This document shows, piece by piece, positions 1 through 13,460 of a stretch of DNA of 64,000 nt (within the stretch, counting starts at the first letter, position 1; the number at the start of each line of letters is the position of its first letter). The position numbers were made by a program, and so were the translations under genes. Origin of the DNA: Eledone cirrhosa (Eukaryota); contig OZ024743.1 of NCBI GenBank assembly GCA_964016885.1, positions 104,470,001-104,534,000 on the forward strand. Reading direction: 5' to 3'. The notes below the pieces were generated by a model that ran no database searches, was not told where the DNA came from, and was given only the letters and a program-made list of their open reading frames with translations.

Positions 1-969
1 AGAACGTCTCGTCCTGACTATGAGGTCACTAATTTTGAGTCTATGTTGAGAGGTGCATTCTTCATGGGGGAGGGATTTAGTGTTTACAACAGACACTCTG
101 TCACGTCTTCTGGTAAGGATATAATCTACCTGGCTGGTATGTTCCCCTGATCTGTAGGTGATCAAGTGATTGTCTCACTTTTTGAAGTTAGTGTTACAGA
201 TATTTAGGTTATTTGCATCACAGAATTCCAGGATTCTGGAGCTTTCCTCATTTCTAGTACCAAACCCATAGCCTCCATGGATTCCGTCATAGCCGTCACA
301 ATGTTGTCCAACGTGACCATTTAGGTCGCCAGCAATAATTATATAGTCACTGTCGGTTATTTGGGAGGTAGTGAGCATCAGTGTCTCATAGAATCTGTCT
401 TTTATAGCGCCAGGCAGTCCGGATTGGGGTGCGTACGCAGATATTACTGTCACAGTAGTTCTATTTAGAACGAATCTTATTTTAATTATTCTGTCGTTCA
501 CTCTATTTACGTCTATTATCTTATCCACCCATTTTTCTGCTAACATGATTCCTACCCCACCCAGCCCATTGTCATTTCCCACCCAGAAAAGCTTATAGCA
601 TCGTGTTTTACCCACAATGAATCTAGCAGACCCGCCCCTCCACCTGGTCTCTTGGATACAGCAAAAATCAACCTCCTTACGTTCAAGCATTTCTACAACC
701 TCGTTAGAGCGACCTTTTAAGGTGCCTACATTCATCGTACCAACTCTGAAGTTTTGGATTGCGTTTGGTGGGTGGGGCGCGGGGAGGAGGGAGGGGGAGG
801 GGGTTGGGGTTATGTTGGCCATCCGCGGCCGAAACAAAGAGAAGGAGTCCTTGCCCTTTCGTCCAGCAGCATGAGGTGAATTTGTCGTTATCTTTGGCAT
901 TGTCTCTGAGTGTCCAGATTCTTCAGACTCTCCAGAATTCCTTAGTCCATCCATCATATCGAAAAGCAA
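1..969 (-). mobile_element. RTE-clade LINE 5' part (AP endonuclease), pseudogenised, runs off window
   Basis: ORF 175..969 has APE motifs GTMNVGTL, CIQETRW, SAYAPQ, GDLNGHVG. The frame continues past TGA at 175-177 (DNHLITYRSGEHTSQVDYILTRRRD...SQHRL). Bases ~1-100 match the start of the RTE copy at 20377. Confidence 0.9.
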
Positions 970-1371
970 CCAGAAGTGATAGCATAGGCCGCTGACTTAT
1001 GATTGGTCCAAATAATAATGGCGGAGAGTGGGGGCGGGCGGGAGGGGTATGGGGTAGTTAGCGAGCGAGAAGGTTTTAAATAAAGCATATAACAGTAACA
1101 AGCGATATACTGGGATTTTAAAATACACAAGATTATTTAGAACAGCCAGACAGAATTATAGAATAGCATTGAGAAAGTAGGATTGGATTCTGGGCGATTA
1201 TACAGATATATGGATGAATGAACCGAAGGGTGGGGAGACAAGAAGAAAATGGTATTTTTACATTACATTTCGTAGAAGTGTATATATGAATGTATATATA
1301 TATATATGTATGTGTATATATATAGATGTAATCTGAATTGTATGGTAGAATATTAAGTGTTAAATGTAAAT

Positions 1372-1410
1372 TGAACAAGTACTTTCATGTTTTCGCATTC
1401 TTCAGGTTCA
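1372..1410 (-). ncRNA. Minimal type-I hammerhead ribozyme in Penelope pLTR
   Basis: Minus strand reads TGAAC-CTGAAGA-ATGC GAAA ACAT-GAAA-GTAC-TT-GTTCA: stem I, core, stem II and a palindromic stem III. Confidence 0.75.
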
Positions 1411-2333
1411 TATTCTGTGGTGACAGTCAAGTTTTCAATTTTCAACTGTAATGAGATGGGTAAATTTTGTGCCTTATATACAGTGAAAAGCGGCTACAGA
1501 ATGCTAAATTTTGCAAACTATTTCGACCAATTGGTGTGTAGTTTCACTGGATTACTGAAGCTGATTGGTTTAGGCGTCATGGTTGGTTGAGCATGTCTAA
1601 CGACTTCTATTTGGCTCTATCCAAAGCATCAATTGTTTTGCTATTTTTAGAAATGATGTAAATAGCATTTCCTAGGGTTTTTATACCCCTAAGAATTATT
1701 ATTGTTCATTTAGCTTGGGTTGGAATTTATCAATAAAATTCTTTTCTTTGATTTTTCTCTTGATTTCACTTGGCCTGTGTAATTTGTAGAATGGAAATAT
1801 TATAAATATTTTCTGACCACATGTTGCTAGATGGTTACTCAGGGGTATCTGACGGACATTTGGGTCTCTGATTTGCTGTCGGTGCACCCGTGCACGTTCC
1901 GATAGTGCATTTCCAGTTTGACCGACATATAGTTCTTCACAATTCGGGCATTTAATGCAGTAAATTAGATTTCTGCTTTTGCAGTTCATATTTGCATTTG
2001 GGAATATTTTTCAAAATTCTAACCCAAGCTAAATGAACAATAATAATTCTTAGGGGTATAAAAACCTTAGAAAATGCTATTTTCATCATTTCTAAAAATA
2101 GCAAAACAATTGATGCTTTGAATAGGGCCAAATAGAAGTCGTTAGACATGCCCAACCAACCGTGATGCCTAAACCAATCAGCTTCAGTAATCCAGTGAAA
2201 CTACACACCGATTGGTCGAAATACAGTTTGCAAAATTTAGCATTCTGTAGCCGCTTTTCACTGTATATAAGGCACAAAATTTACCCATCTCATTACAGTT
2301 GAAAATTGTAAACTTGACTGTCACCACAGAATA

Positions 2334-2372
2334 TGAACCTGAAGATTGCGAAAGCATGAAATTACTTGTTCA
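2334..2372 (+). ncRNA. Minimal hammerhead ribozyme, inverted pLTR copy
   Basis: TGAAC-CTGAAGA-TTGC GAAA GCAT-GAAA-TTAC-TT-GTTCA. Confidence 0.7.
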
Positions 2373-2518
2373 ATTAACACTTAACACTTAATATTCTACC
2401 ATACTATTTGATTCTAATACCATTATAATTTTAAAGGATTGTAAATAAAACGAGTAAATCAGACAAAGTTGGAATTCCTTTTATTAATATAATCTTCTAT
2501 ACACAATCATACAGACTC

Positions 2519-2598
<80 letters not shown>

Positions 2599-2787
2599 CT
2601 TTTAAGCTATTTTGTAGTATCTCTGTTCAGGAACACACCACTTATATTAAATTTATCTCCCTGGAGCTTTGTAAAAGTCTGAGAGATTGGCTACATATGT
2701 TTTATATATATTTTTTTTTGTTTAGATGGAAGACAAAACAAAGATGAATACAAAGATGAAGAAGAGAAAGATAAAGATGAAGAACCT

Positions 2788-3528
2788 CACTGCACCGCAC
2801 TGCACAACACCACACTGCACCGCACCGCACCACACCACATCGCAGTGCACCGCACTACATCACACCACACTTCACCACACCACATAAAAACATACAACAC
2901 TACGCCACACTACTCCACACCACAACACAACACACCACTCCTCACTACTCCACTCCACATAAAAACACACCACAACACACCACTCCTCACTACATCACAC
3001 CACACTACTCCACTCCACATAAAACACACCACTCCTCACTACATCACACCACATTAGAACACACCACAACACAACACACCACTCCTCACTACAACACAAC
3101 ACACCACCCCTCACTACAACACACCACACTACAACACACCACACTACTCCACACCACATAACACCACAACACAACACACCACACCTCACTACATCACACC
3201 ACACTACTCCACATCACATAACACTACAACATAACACACCACTCCTCACTACATCACTCCACATAAGAACACACCACACTACTCCACATAAGAAGACACC
3301 ACACTACTCCACACCACAACACAACACTCCTCACTACAACACAACACACCACTCCTCACTACAACACACCACACTACTCCACATAAAAACACACCACACT
3401 ACTCCACACCACATAACACCACAACACAACACACCACACCTCACTACATCACACCACATAAAAACACACCTCACTACATCACACCACATAAAAACACACC
3501 ACACCACTCCACACCCCATAAGACCCAA
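2788..3528. repeat. Degenerate pentamer (CACAC/CACTA) satellite
   Basis: Visible 5-bp periodicity; similar tracts at ~4585-4850, ~5145-5210 and ~5870-6080. Confidence 0.85.
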
Positions 3529-3529
3529 C

Positions 3530-4583
3530 ATTTTTTCCTCATCTTTTTTTCATGTGTTATCAACTAATCCGAACTCCAAGATGTTTGTTATTGACTCTCT
3601 CTTCATGGAAAACTTAGGTGGATGGACTTCTCTCATTTAACCCCAGAGTTTTCTCTAAGATTTTTCGTATGTTATCAACAAATATGACCTCCAAACCAGT
3701 TGGAAATGATTAGTTGTTCTAGGAAAAGGGAGGGGTAAAGCAGGTGGAAAAACCATTGTCGTTTTGTAGATATATACCCTAATGATTTTTCTTCGGTCTT
3801 CTTTTGAGTGCTATCAACTAATCTGACCTTTTAGTTGCTCTGAATCAATTTTTTTTTTCTGGGATTTGGAAACTAAAACTAAATTAAACATAAAATTAAA
3901 TCTAGCCCCAACCCTAAACTCTAAATCTAAACCAAACCAAGCTAAATCTAAATATAAACATTACCCCGACCCTTAAACTAAACCCTAAACTATACCCCAA
4001 CCATAAAACTAAACCCTAAACATTACCCCAACCCTAAAACTAAACCCTAAACTTTACCCCAAACCTAAAACTAAACCCTAAACTTTACCCCAAACCTAAA
4101 ACCAAACTCTAAACTTTACCCCAACCCTAAAACTAGACCCTAAACATTACCCCAACCCTAAAACTTTACCCTAAAACTAAACCCTAAACCTAACCCAGGG
4201 AAATAAGTTGATTGGAAGCATCTAGGAGGTCAGATTAATTAATAGCACAGGAAATAGCATAGGAAATAGCATAGGAAATAGCACAGGAAATATACCGAAA
4301 ATGATTAAGTCCCACAACATGTGAGTGGGGTGTAGATCTGCAAAACTCTTCCCCTCTCCCTCTCCTCTTTCTCCAAAGCTAGTTGTTTTTGACTGGTTTG
4401 GAAGTCATATTCACTGATAACGCATGAAAATAGAATCAAAGAGAAAATTCTGAGTAAGCAGGAGTTATCCAGGTGAAGGGGGAACCACCTCACTCCGCCG
4501 TTTTCCTGGGGGGAAAAAGTCAGTTTCAAGCATCTTGGAGATTGGATTAGTTGATAGCACATGAAAAATAGGATGAAAAAATT
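3530..4583. mobile_element. Foldback-like element with diverged ~330-bp inverted arms around a TAAACCC-rich array
   Basis: 3535 'ttttcatgtgttatcaactaatccgaactccaagatg' is the reverse complement of 4530 'catcttggagattggattagttgatagcacatgaaaa'. 3780-3865 mirrors 4195-4305. The centre (~3870-4195) is a ~24-bp 'aaaactaaaccctaaactttacccc' array. Confidence 0.6.
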
Positions 4584-6124
4584 TCACATCACATCACACC
4601 ACATCACATCACATCTCGTCTCGCCTCGCCTCATTTCATCACATCACATCACATTTCACCACGCCACGCCACGTCACATTTCATCACATCACATCACATC
4701 ACATTTCACCACGCCACGCCACATCATATCACATGCTACCACACCCCACTACACCATATCCCCCACCCTACAGTGAACCACACTCCACTCCACCACACTC
4801 CACTACACCACACCACTGTCCACTACACTACACCACACCACACCATTGTCTATTCGACTGTTTTCTATTTCGTAGGTATGTCCAGTTACAGTAAGAGAAA
4901 GTTATTTCAAAGGATCTGAGTAAGTAAACACTTCATTGACCATCATTTTAAGCAGAATCTCAGTGTAGTTTTAAATTGACCTTTTCATGTGGTTACACCT
5001 CAGTCTTAACTTAATCACCTGTAGATGGATGCTACATGTAATGTTAAAATTAGTTAAACACTGTTTCCCTCCTCTCATCACATGTGGATGCTACATGTGT
5101 ATTGTTAACATTAATCTAACGTTGTGCCCCCCCCCCCCCCGCCTCACCATATCATACACCACATCACACCATGTTGTACCACACCAGACCACATAACACC
5201 ATGCTATACCATATATGTATATATATGAGCTCCCCACTCGTTATATTAACTGTATCTCCTTGGTGTTTCGTGAAAGTCTGAGAGATCAACTATATATTTG
5301 TTTACAATTTTTTTTTATATTTAGATGGAAAAGAAGAAAAAGACGACGAAGCAGATGACTAAAATGAAAATGACAACAAAGACAAAGAAGACACGGGAAA
5401 CGAAGATGACGAAAAGAAGAAAGTATAATCTCAGTTCAGTCTAAACCTAATGATTTATAGATATGATCTTAGTTCAGCCTTAACCTAATGACCTGTAGAT
5501 ACGATCTATTTAGGTTTAACTTAAACATTCAAAGATATTTGTATATACTTTTGTTGATGTTTGACATTGTTTTTTTAGTTATGAAATAGCTTATAAGCTA
5601 CATTATAGGATCACAGTGCATGAGCACACTGCTCTTTAAATTAACTTTATCTCCTCAGCACTTTGTAAAGTCTGAGAGATAGGCAACATATATGTTTTAC
5701 ATTCTTTGTTTTTGGTATTTAGATGGCAGAGGAGAAGATAAAGGCACAGAAGAAGTCAAAGGCACAGAAGAAGTCAAAGGCACAGAAGAAGTCAAAGAAA
5801 ATGAACAAGAAGAACAATTATTATTACTATTATTATTGTTATTATTATTTGTATTATTATAATCAAACTAAGCCACACTACATCAACCTATACCATACCA
5901 TGCCACACCACACTGACAAACATTATACTATACCACAGTATCCAACACCACACTACGAAACACTCTACTCACATCAGACCATGCTATGAAACAATATACC
6001 ATACTACACTATACAACAATAGACAACACCACACAAGACTATGAAACACTATACTTTACCACACTATATCACACCACTCAAGTTAGAGAGGATCAACTTT
6101 TTTCCTGGAAAGTAGAAAACCTAA

Positions 6125-9100
6125 CTTTAAGCTAAAACCGAACTTTAAAAATAACACTTACCCTAACACTTGCACTCACACATGCTCTAACAGTGAACTT
6201 AGCGCTAACATGAAAACTAACACAAACACAAAATCTGAAAACTAACATTAAATAGAAAACTAACACAAACACTAACCTGAACACTAACACTAAAACTGAC
6301 ACTAACACTAACCTGAACACCAGCACTAAAACTAACACTACCGTAAACACTAATACAAACACTAACACTAACCTGAACACTTACACTAAAACTAACATTA
6401 GCACAAACATTAGCCTGAATACTAGCACTAAAACTAACACTACCATAAACACTAACACTGACCTGAGCACTAACATTAAAAGTAACACTAACACAAACAC
6501 TAATCTGAAAACTGATACTAACCAGAAAACTAAGCTAACATTAACTTCAACACTAAAACAAACACTAACGCTAACAGAGATACTAACACAAATATTAACT
6601 CAAAAACAAACACTAACACAATCTCTAACACTAACCTCAACACTAAAACTAACATTAACTTGAACACTAACTCTAACCTGAAAACTAAGCTAACATTAAC
6701 CGGAACACTAACATAAACACTAATGCTAACACTAACAGAAATACTAATGCTAACATTAATGCTAACCTTAACACAAAAACAAAGACTAACGCTAACACAA
6801 TCGCTAACACTAATGGAAACATCAAACACTAATGCTAACAGAGATACTAACACAAATATTAACACAAAAACAAATACTAACACTAACACAATCTCTAACA
6901 CTAATCTTAACACTAAAACTAACACTAACATTAACTTGAACACTAACACTAACCTGAACACTTACACTAAAACTAACACTAACAGAGATACTAACACAAA
7001 TATTAACACAAAAACAAACACTAACACAATCTCTAACACTAAAACTAACATTAACTTGAACACTAACACTAACCTGAAAACTAAGCTAACATTAACCTGA
7101 ACACTAACACAAACACTCATGCTAACACTAACAGAAATACTAATACTAATGCTAACATTAACACAAAAACAAAGACTAACGCTAACACAATCCCTAACAC
7201 TAATGGAAACATCAATAATACTAACACAAAAACAAACACTAACACAATCTCTAACACTAACCTTAACACTAAAACTAACATTAACACTTACACTAAAACT
7301 AACATTAACCTAAATACTAGCACTTAACACTACCATAAACAGTAACACAAACACTAACACTGATCTGAGCACTAACAGTAACACTAACACTACCATAAAA
7401 ACTAACACTAAAAAAAACACTAACACTAACCTGAACACTAACACTAAAACTAACACGAAAATTGATACTAACCAGAAAACTAAGCTAACATTAACCTCAA
7501 CACTAAAACAAACACTAACATTAACAGAAAAACAAAGACTAGCACTAACACTAATGAAAACACTAACACAAACATTAACACAAAATAAAACACTAACACT
7601 AATGGAAAAAATAACACTAACACTAAAACTAACACTACCGTAAACACTAACACTAACCTGAACACTAACACTAAAACTGACATTAACACGAATATTAACC
7701 TGAACATTAACACTACCACTAAAACTAACACTACCATAAACCACTAACCTGAACACTAACACAAACACTAACACTAACCTGAACACTAACACAAACACTA
7801 ACACTAACCTGAACACTAACAAAAATGCTAACACTAATACAAAATCAAACACGAACACTAATGGAAACACTAACGCCAACGCTGACACTGACGAAGATGG
7901 TTATGCTGGCACAAACGCTAGCGCAAATGTTGACACAATCGCTTACGCTGACACAAACACTAACGTGAATACTGATGCAGGTGCAAAGGCGAATGCTGAC
8001 AAAGACTCTGACGCACACGCTGATGTAAATGCTACACAGACTCTAACGCTGACGTGGACACTGACACAAATACTCACGCTGATGCAAACACTAAAGCAAA
8101 TGCAGACACTAATGCAAACACAGACGCAAATGTTGATGCAGATGTTAAAGCAAACGCAAATGCTGACGCAAACGATGACAGCGATGCTAATGTAAACCTT
8201 AACGCAGACGTAAACATTGGCGTAGAAGCTAAAGGAAACACTAATGAAAATGCTGATGCAGACGCTGACACAGACGCTAACACACGTTAACACAGATGCT
8301 AACGTAAACACTTACGCAGATGCTAATATAAACACTGATGCAGACGCTAACATAAACGCTGACACAGATGCTAACACACGTTGACACAGACGCTAACATA
8401 AACGATGACGCAGACGCTAATGTAAACGATGACGTAGAAGCTAACGTAAACGATGACGCAGACGCAAATGTAAACGCTGACCCTGATGTAAATGTAAATA
8501 CAGACACTGACACAGACGCTAACACAAACGCTGACACAGACACTAATGTAAGCGCTGACGTAGAAGCTAATGTAGATGCTGACGTAGAAGCTAACGTAAA
8601 CGATGGCGTAGATGTTAACGTAGACGCTGACGTAGAAGCTAACGTAGATGCTGACGTAGAAGCTAACGTAAACGCTGACGTAGAAGCTAACAAAACGCTG
8701 ACGTAGTTGTTACGTAGAAGCAGGCGTAGAAGTTAGCGTTTATCCTTACCGCCGAAGCTGATCTCTAAAACGTAATTGCTGATGCGGATTGCTGAAGCCA
8801 AAGCCAAGCTAACGCTGACGCAAATGTCGAGGCAGTTTTGCCGGCGCTGACGTGTATGCTGACGCTAACGCAAATGCTGATGCGGACGCTAGGGCTAAGG
8901 CTAACGCTAATGCTGACGCAAATGCTGAAGTTAACGCTTACATGGGATATGCAGACGCTGCAATGATGCGGACGCCACAAGAAAGGTTAATGGAAACGCC
9001 AATGCTAACGGAAACGCTGACGTAGACGTTACGGAAACGCTGACGTAGAAGCTAACGGAAACGCTGACGTAGAAGCTAACGTAAACGCTGACACAGACGC

Positions 9101-9600
9101 TAACGTAAACACTGACGTTAACTGAAACGCTGACGCTGATGTAGATGTAAATACTGACGCTGACACAGACGCGGTCGGAAACGCTGACGTAGAAGCTAAC
9201 GGAAACACTGACATAGATGCTAACGGAAATGCTGACGTAGAAGCTAACGGAAATGCTGACGTAGAAGCTAACGGAAATGCTGACGTAGAAGCTAACGGAA
9301 ATGCTGACGTAGAAGCTAACGTACACGCTGACACAGACGCTAACGTAAACGCTGACGTAGAAGCTAACGGAAACACTGACACAGACGCTAACGGAAATAC
9401 TGACAAAGACGTTAAAGGAAACGCTGTCGCAAACGCTAATGCTAATGTAAATGCTGATGCAGATGCTGACGCAAATGCTAACCCCTACACAAATGTAAAC
9501 GCTGATGCTAACACTGACTCAAACACTAATGCAAATGCTGACGTGCACGCTGATGCAAACGCTGACACTGAGGGAAATGCTGACACTGACACAAGTGCTG
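6125..9600. repeat. 3.5-kb degenerate hexamer-phase satellite (ACTAAC grading to GCTGAC/GCTAAC, with 12-24-bp higher-order units)
   Basis: Visible 6-bp periodicity; produces spurious LV-, TN- and AD-rich ORFs in many frames. Confidence 0.9.
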
Positions 9601-9854
9601 ACACGGACGAATTACCAGCCGAATTACCAGCCGAATTACCAGCGCCTTGCTGCGTGTCACATTTTTTTGTAAGAAAATGATGATTGATTTTAAATCAGTG
9701 ATATAATTTATGGAGAAAAACTCAATATTACTCAATGTAAAATATAATGCATGAACATTGGAAAACATCATTTTTTGTAATATATCAAATCAAAATTGTA
9801 TTATTAAATCTTATTCTTATTTTGTTTCTAGTAAATAATTTTTTTCAAAATATC

Positions 9855-10462
9855 AATTGAAAACTTTTGTGAATAGGCATCATATCTTGTCATTTACCTA
9901 TGGTTTAAGTTTCATATAAATCGAAAGGGAAAAGTTTTCAGCGGGGGTTTGTACCCCCGGGGAACCCTAATAGGGGGTTTAACCACCATTAAGGTGTCTT
10001 ATAGTATTGAAATTTTGTGAATAGGCATCATATCTCTTCATTTATCTATGGTTTAAATTGCATATAAATCGAACCGAAAAAATTTTCAGCGGGGATTTTG
10101 TGCCCCCTGGTGAACCCTAATAGGGGGTTTAACCCCCATTAGGGTATTGTAATTTTATTGAAATTTGCTGAAATGATGTGAATAGGCATCATATCTTGTC
10201 ATTTACCTATGGTTTAAATTTCATATAAATCGAAGGTAAAGTTTCAGCGGCGGTTCTGTTCCCCCGATGAACCCTTTGATTAAAATGAAATATACTTATA
10301 CAAGTACCCTGGGCAATGTAGTTTCAGAATATATATGGTTGTGGGGGTCTATCTCCAAAACCATAGGAGGAGTTCGTAAAATCTTGTTCCATTTATTGGC
10401 CAAACTTTTCATTATAGGGCGTTTAACCCCCATTAGGGTGTCTTAATATTATTGAAATTTGC
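9855..10462. repeat. ~150-bp diverged tandem repeat (probably internal to a DNA transposon)
   Basis: 'gtgaataggcatcatatcttgtcatttacctatggtttaa..tcatataaatcgaa..ttcagcgg' recurs at ~9868, ~10017 and ~10178. Confidence 0.7.
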
Positions 10463-10478
10463 ACACACACACACACAC

Positions 10479-10623
10479 ATGAAAATATGTGACGTCTTCG
10501 TCAACCTTCCCCTACTTTTACTTCTGACAGCTAATACCATGAACTATATTTTTACAGTTCATGGTATTAGCTGTCAGAAGTGAAAGTAGGGGAAGGTTGA
10601 CGAATGACGTCACATATTTTCAT
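10479..10623. repeat. 145-bp near-perfect hairpin (MITE-like palindrome)
   Basis: atgaaaatatgtgacgtc...ccatgaact / agttcatgg...gacgtcacatattttcat with a short AT loop. Confidence 0.8.
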
Positions 10624-10668
10624 AGTTATGGTTATCAATATAAAAAACAAGTCATTTTCACCAACAGT

Positions 10669-12043
10669 GGAGTTAACTTAAATGAAAATATAGGTGGCCC
10701 TTAAAAGGGTCAAATTATGGTTATCAAATTTTTTTCACCAATCCTATATATTTATGAAGAAATGTTTAGAAAACAAATTATTTTCACCAACCTTATTCAA
10801 AAGCATGGATACAGTGCCCATGGAGACAAGCGATAGTCCCCATGGAGACAATCCCCACCAATCAGCAACAATCATCACTAACACCACCAACACCACGTGT
10901 AAATAAATAAACTTTAATCTTCACTTTGTGATAATACACGCATCTGCAAGTTGAAAAATGAGTTCTATAATATATCCAAGTGTTAAGGGAATTAACCATC
11001 GCGATCTTTCCATCGCTACCGCTACTACAGCAGATATCGTCAATTGGTTGAAAATTCAAGGACTTCTGAATACACAAAAGGTCTGCCCTTCATGTGGTCA
11101 ACGTATGCTGGAAGTAGCGAAACAAAATGTGTCATGGGATTATCTGGTCATGTAAAAGACCTTGTAGAAAACAGGTTTCTATTAGAAAAGGCACATTTTT
11201 AGAAAATAGCAATTTGAAGTGTGAACAAATAGTTGATATATTATATTTTTGGGCAAAAGAAGATTTAGCCAAGAAGATTTCAGAGGAATGTTGTATCGCG
11301 AATGTGGCCGTAGCAGATTGGCGAAATGTTTGCCGTGATGTATGTGCAGAGTACTATGTGGCACAAAACATTGAGCTTGGCGGGCCAAACCGAATTGTCG
11401 AGATTGATGAAAGCGCATTCGTGAGAAGGAAATACCATCGTGGCCATTCTGTGAAAACACAGTGGGTTTTTGGTGCTTTGGAAAGAAGTACCAGAAGGTG
11501 TATTTTAGTAGCAGTAGAAGAGAGGACAGCGGAGACACTTTTAACCATTATACAGGGTCGTATATTGCCAGGGACAACCATAATATCTGGTCTATGGCGT
11601 TCCTATAATACGATCGATCAGCTAGGCTTTCAACATTTGACGGTGAACCATTCGATCAATTTTGTTGATCCAGTAACATTTGCCACAACGAATCACATAG
11701 AATGCTTGTGGAAACACGTAAAAAATAGGAATAAAAGGGAAAACGAGACAGCCAGAAATTAGCTTCAAACCCATCTCATTGAATTCATGTGGCGGTATGA
11801 ATTTAAAGGAGAAATTTTCCAAAAGTTATTAGAACATATCCGTCATCTGATTCCATGCATTTGAATAAGGTTGGTGAAAAAAGTGTTTCTAAACATGCTT
11901 TTGAATAATGTTGGTGAATAATGAAAATATAATTGAATAAATCAAATTTATTTGATAACCATGACTTGTTTTCTAATTAACTTAAATTTGTTTTCTAATT
12001 TGGCCCTTTTAAGGGCCACCTATATTTTCATTTAAGTAACTCC
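10669..12043 (+). mobile_element. Merlin (IS1016/IS1595-like) DNA transposon, transposase disrupted
   Basis: Frames 10958..11155, 11127..11762 and read-through to ~11864 give CPSCG, VEIDES..RKYHRG, WVFG, GTTIISGLWRSY, HLTVNHS..FVDP, TNHIECLW, HLIEFMWR. Inverted repeats at 10669-10717/11996-12043 and 10762-10809/11852-11896. One frameshift and one stop; outer ends and TSD not resolved. Confidence 0.9.
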
Positions 12044-13285
12044 TCTTACATCGATATCCTTTATAACCATGACTTGTTTTCTATTTGTTTTCTAATTTGG
12101 CCCTTTTAAGTCTTCCCTCTCTCTCTCTCTCTCAGTTCCCTCCCCCCTCTCTCTTTCCCCAAAACGCGTGAAAACTCCACTTACGCGTGGTAGTAATACG
12201 GAAATAAACGATGTTTGACGAGTGACGTCTCCTTCGCCTGTTTCCATCGGCTGCTTGGACTGACAGCTAATAGCGTTGTAGTGCCGAAAATAGAGTTTAT
12301 AAAATATGTCCTGAAATACGTTCTTCTCAAAGCAAGAACAAAAACAAACAAACAAAAAGGTTACCTAAAGAAGTTGGTCCAAAAATTTCCCTCGAGGATT
12401 CAGAATATTCTGAAAACTCCTACTTATGAAACTAGTACATTTTTGGAAAACAATTTAAGTTGCTTGCTATAATGGCTTGATAACGAAACGCAATTCAAAG
12501 TATCAGTAAACCATGTAAAACCGATTTAAAGTATATTTGATATACGAAGACGATAATTCAGAATTCACAGCAAGCAGAAGCTGGTTTTAAAGAGGATGAA
12601 GAACTAAGATGTCATCTGGTGCATGAAAGATCTCCACCTACGGCCTTAAGGCATTCAATGTATTTAGAATAAAAAAAAATTATAAGTAAATTTCTTTAAA
12701 AATTCACTGCAAATGTAAACATTAAAAATTGTTTTTTACGTACCGAAAGAGTGTGAATGACCTAACTCAAGTTTCACGGGAAAAATACGTTAAGCAAGAC
12801 ACATTTTTATATATGCATTTACTTATATGTATATTCTTCTATGTGTATTTAATTAGGCATTTACACAGATTCTGTTTTTGTATACATATATGTATTTATC
12901 ATATATCTCAGGTGTTTAACGCATAATTTAATAACTAATTGAAACAGCTATCAGTGCAAGCGCTAATAATAATTTTGCAAATTGGTCCTCGCTCTCCCAG
13001 CTGGCTGATACTGCCATTAGCTACGTATTTTTCTTCCGACTGAGCTGAATTTAAAACTTGAGTCAGATTATTCACTCATTTTGGGGTGTAGTGAGGGCAT
13101 GGAGAAATAATTACATTTAAGTAGTTTTGGTTAAATCTTATATTGTCACTGTACAGATATGCATAGATATTGTTTTGCAGTTTTAAGAGTTTATATTTAT
13201 TTCAATGTAAATTATTTTTCACTTTCATTTGTTCAACTTGTCAGTCGGTTTCAATGTGTTAGACAGACAATACTAGAAATCACTT

Positions 13286-13460
13286 GGCAGTATCGGTAGA
13301 AAGTCGGACACCATGCTTTGCAGCAAAGAGTTATGGCCCTTAATGGTCTGAGTTCAAATCCCACCGAGGTTAACTTTGCCTTTCGGGGTCGATAAAACAA
13401 AGTACCAGTAATGTACTGCGTAATTGCTAGCCTTGTGCCAAAAGTAGAAACAATTATTAC
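13286..13460 (+). mobile_element. tRNA-derived SINE with Meta-type central domain
   Basis: A-box-like TGGCAGTATCGG, B-box GAGTTCAAATCCC, then 'gcctttc(atcct)..ggggtcgataaaa..aagtacc'. Confidence 0.75.

Larger units (their letters stand above)
1340..2404 (-). mobile_element. 5'-truncated Penelope-like element (Neptune-type GIY-YIG) with inverted pseudo-LTR
   Basis: ORF 1699..1989 NCKSRNLIYCIKCPNCEELYVGQTG...R..H is a GIY-YIG domain with a CxxC insert. ~390-bp inverted repeats lie at ~1340-1728 and ~2014-2404. Confidence 0.85.

Noticed and set aside
3870-4195. True telomere or interstitial TTAGGG array
   Set aside because: Units are ~24-bp degenerate composites, not (TTAGGG)n.
12405-12445. 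CTGAAAA...GAAACTAGTA
   Set aside because: Stems I and II do not pair.
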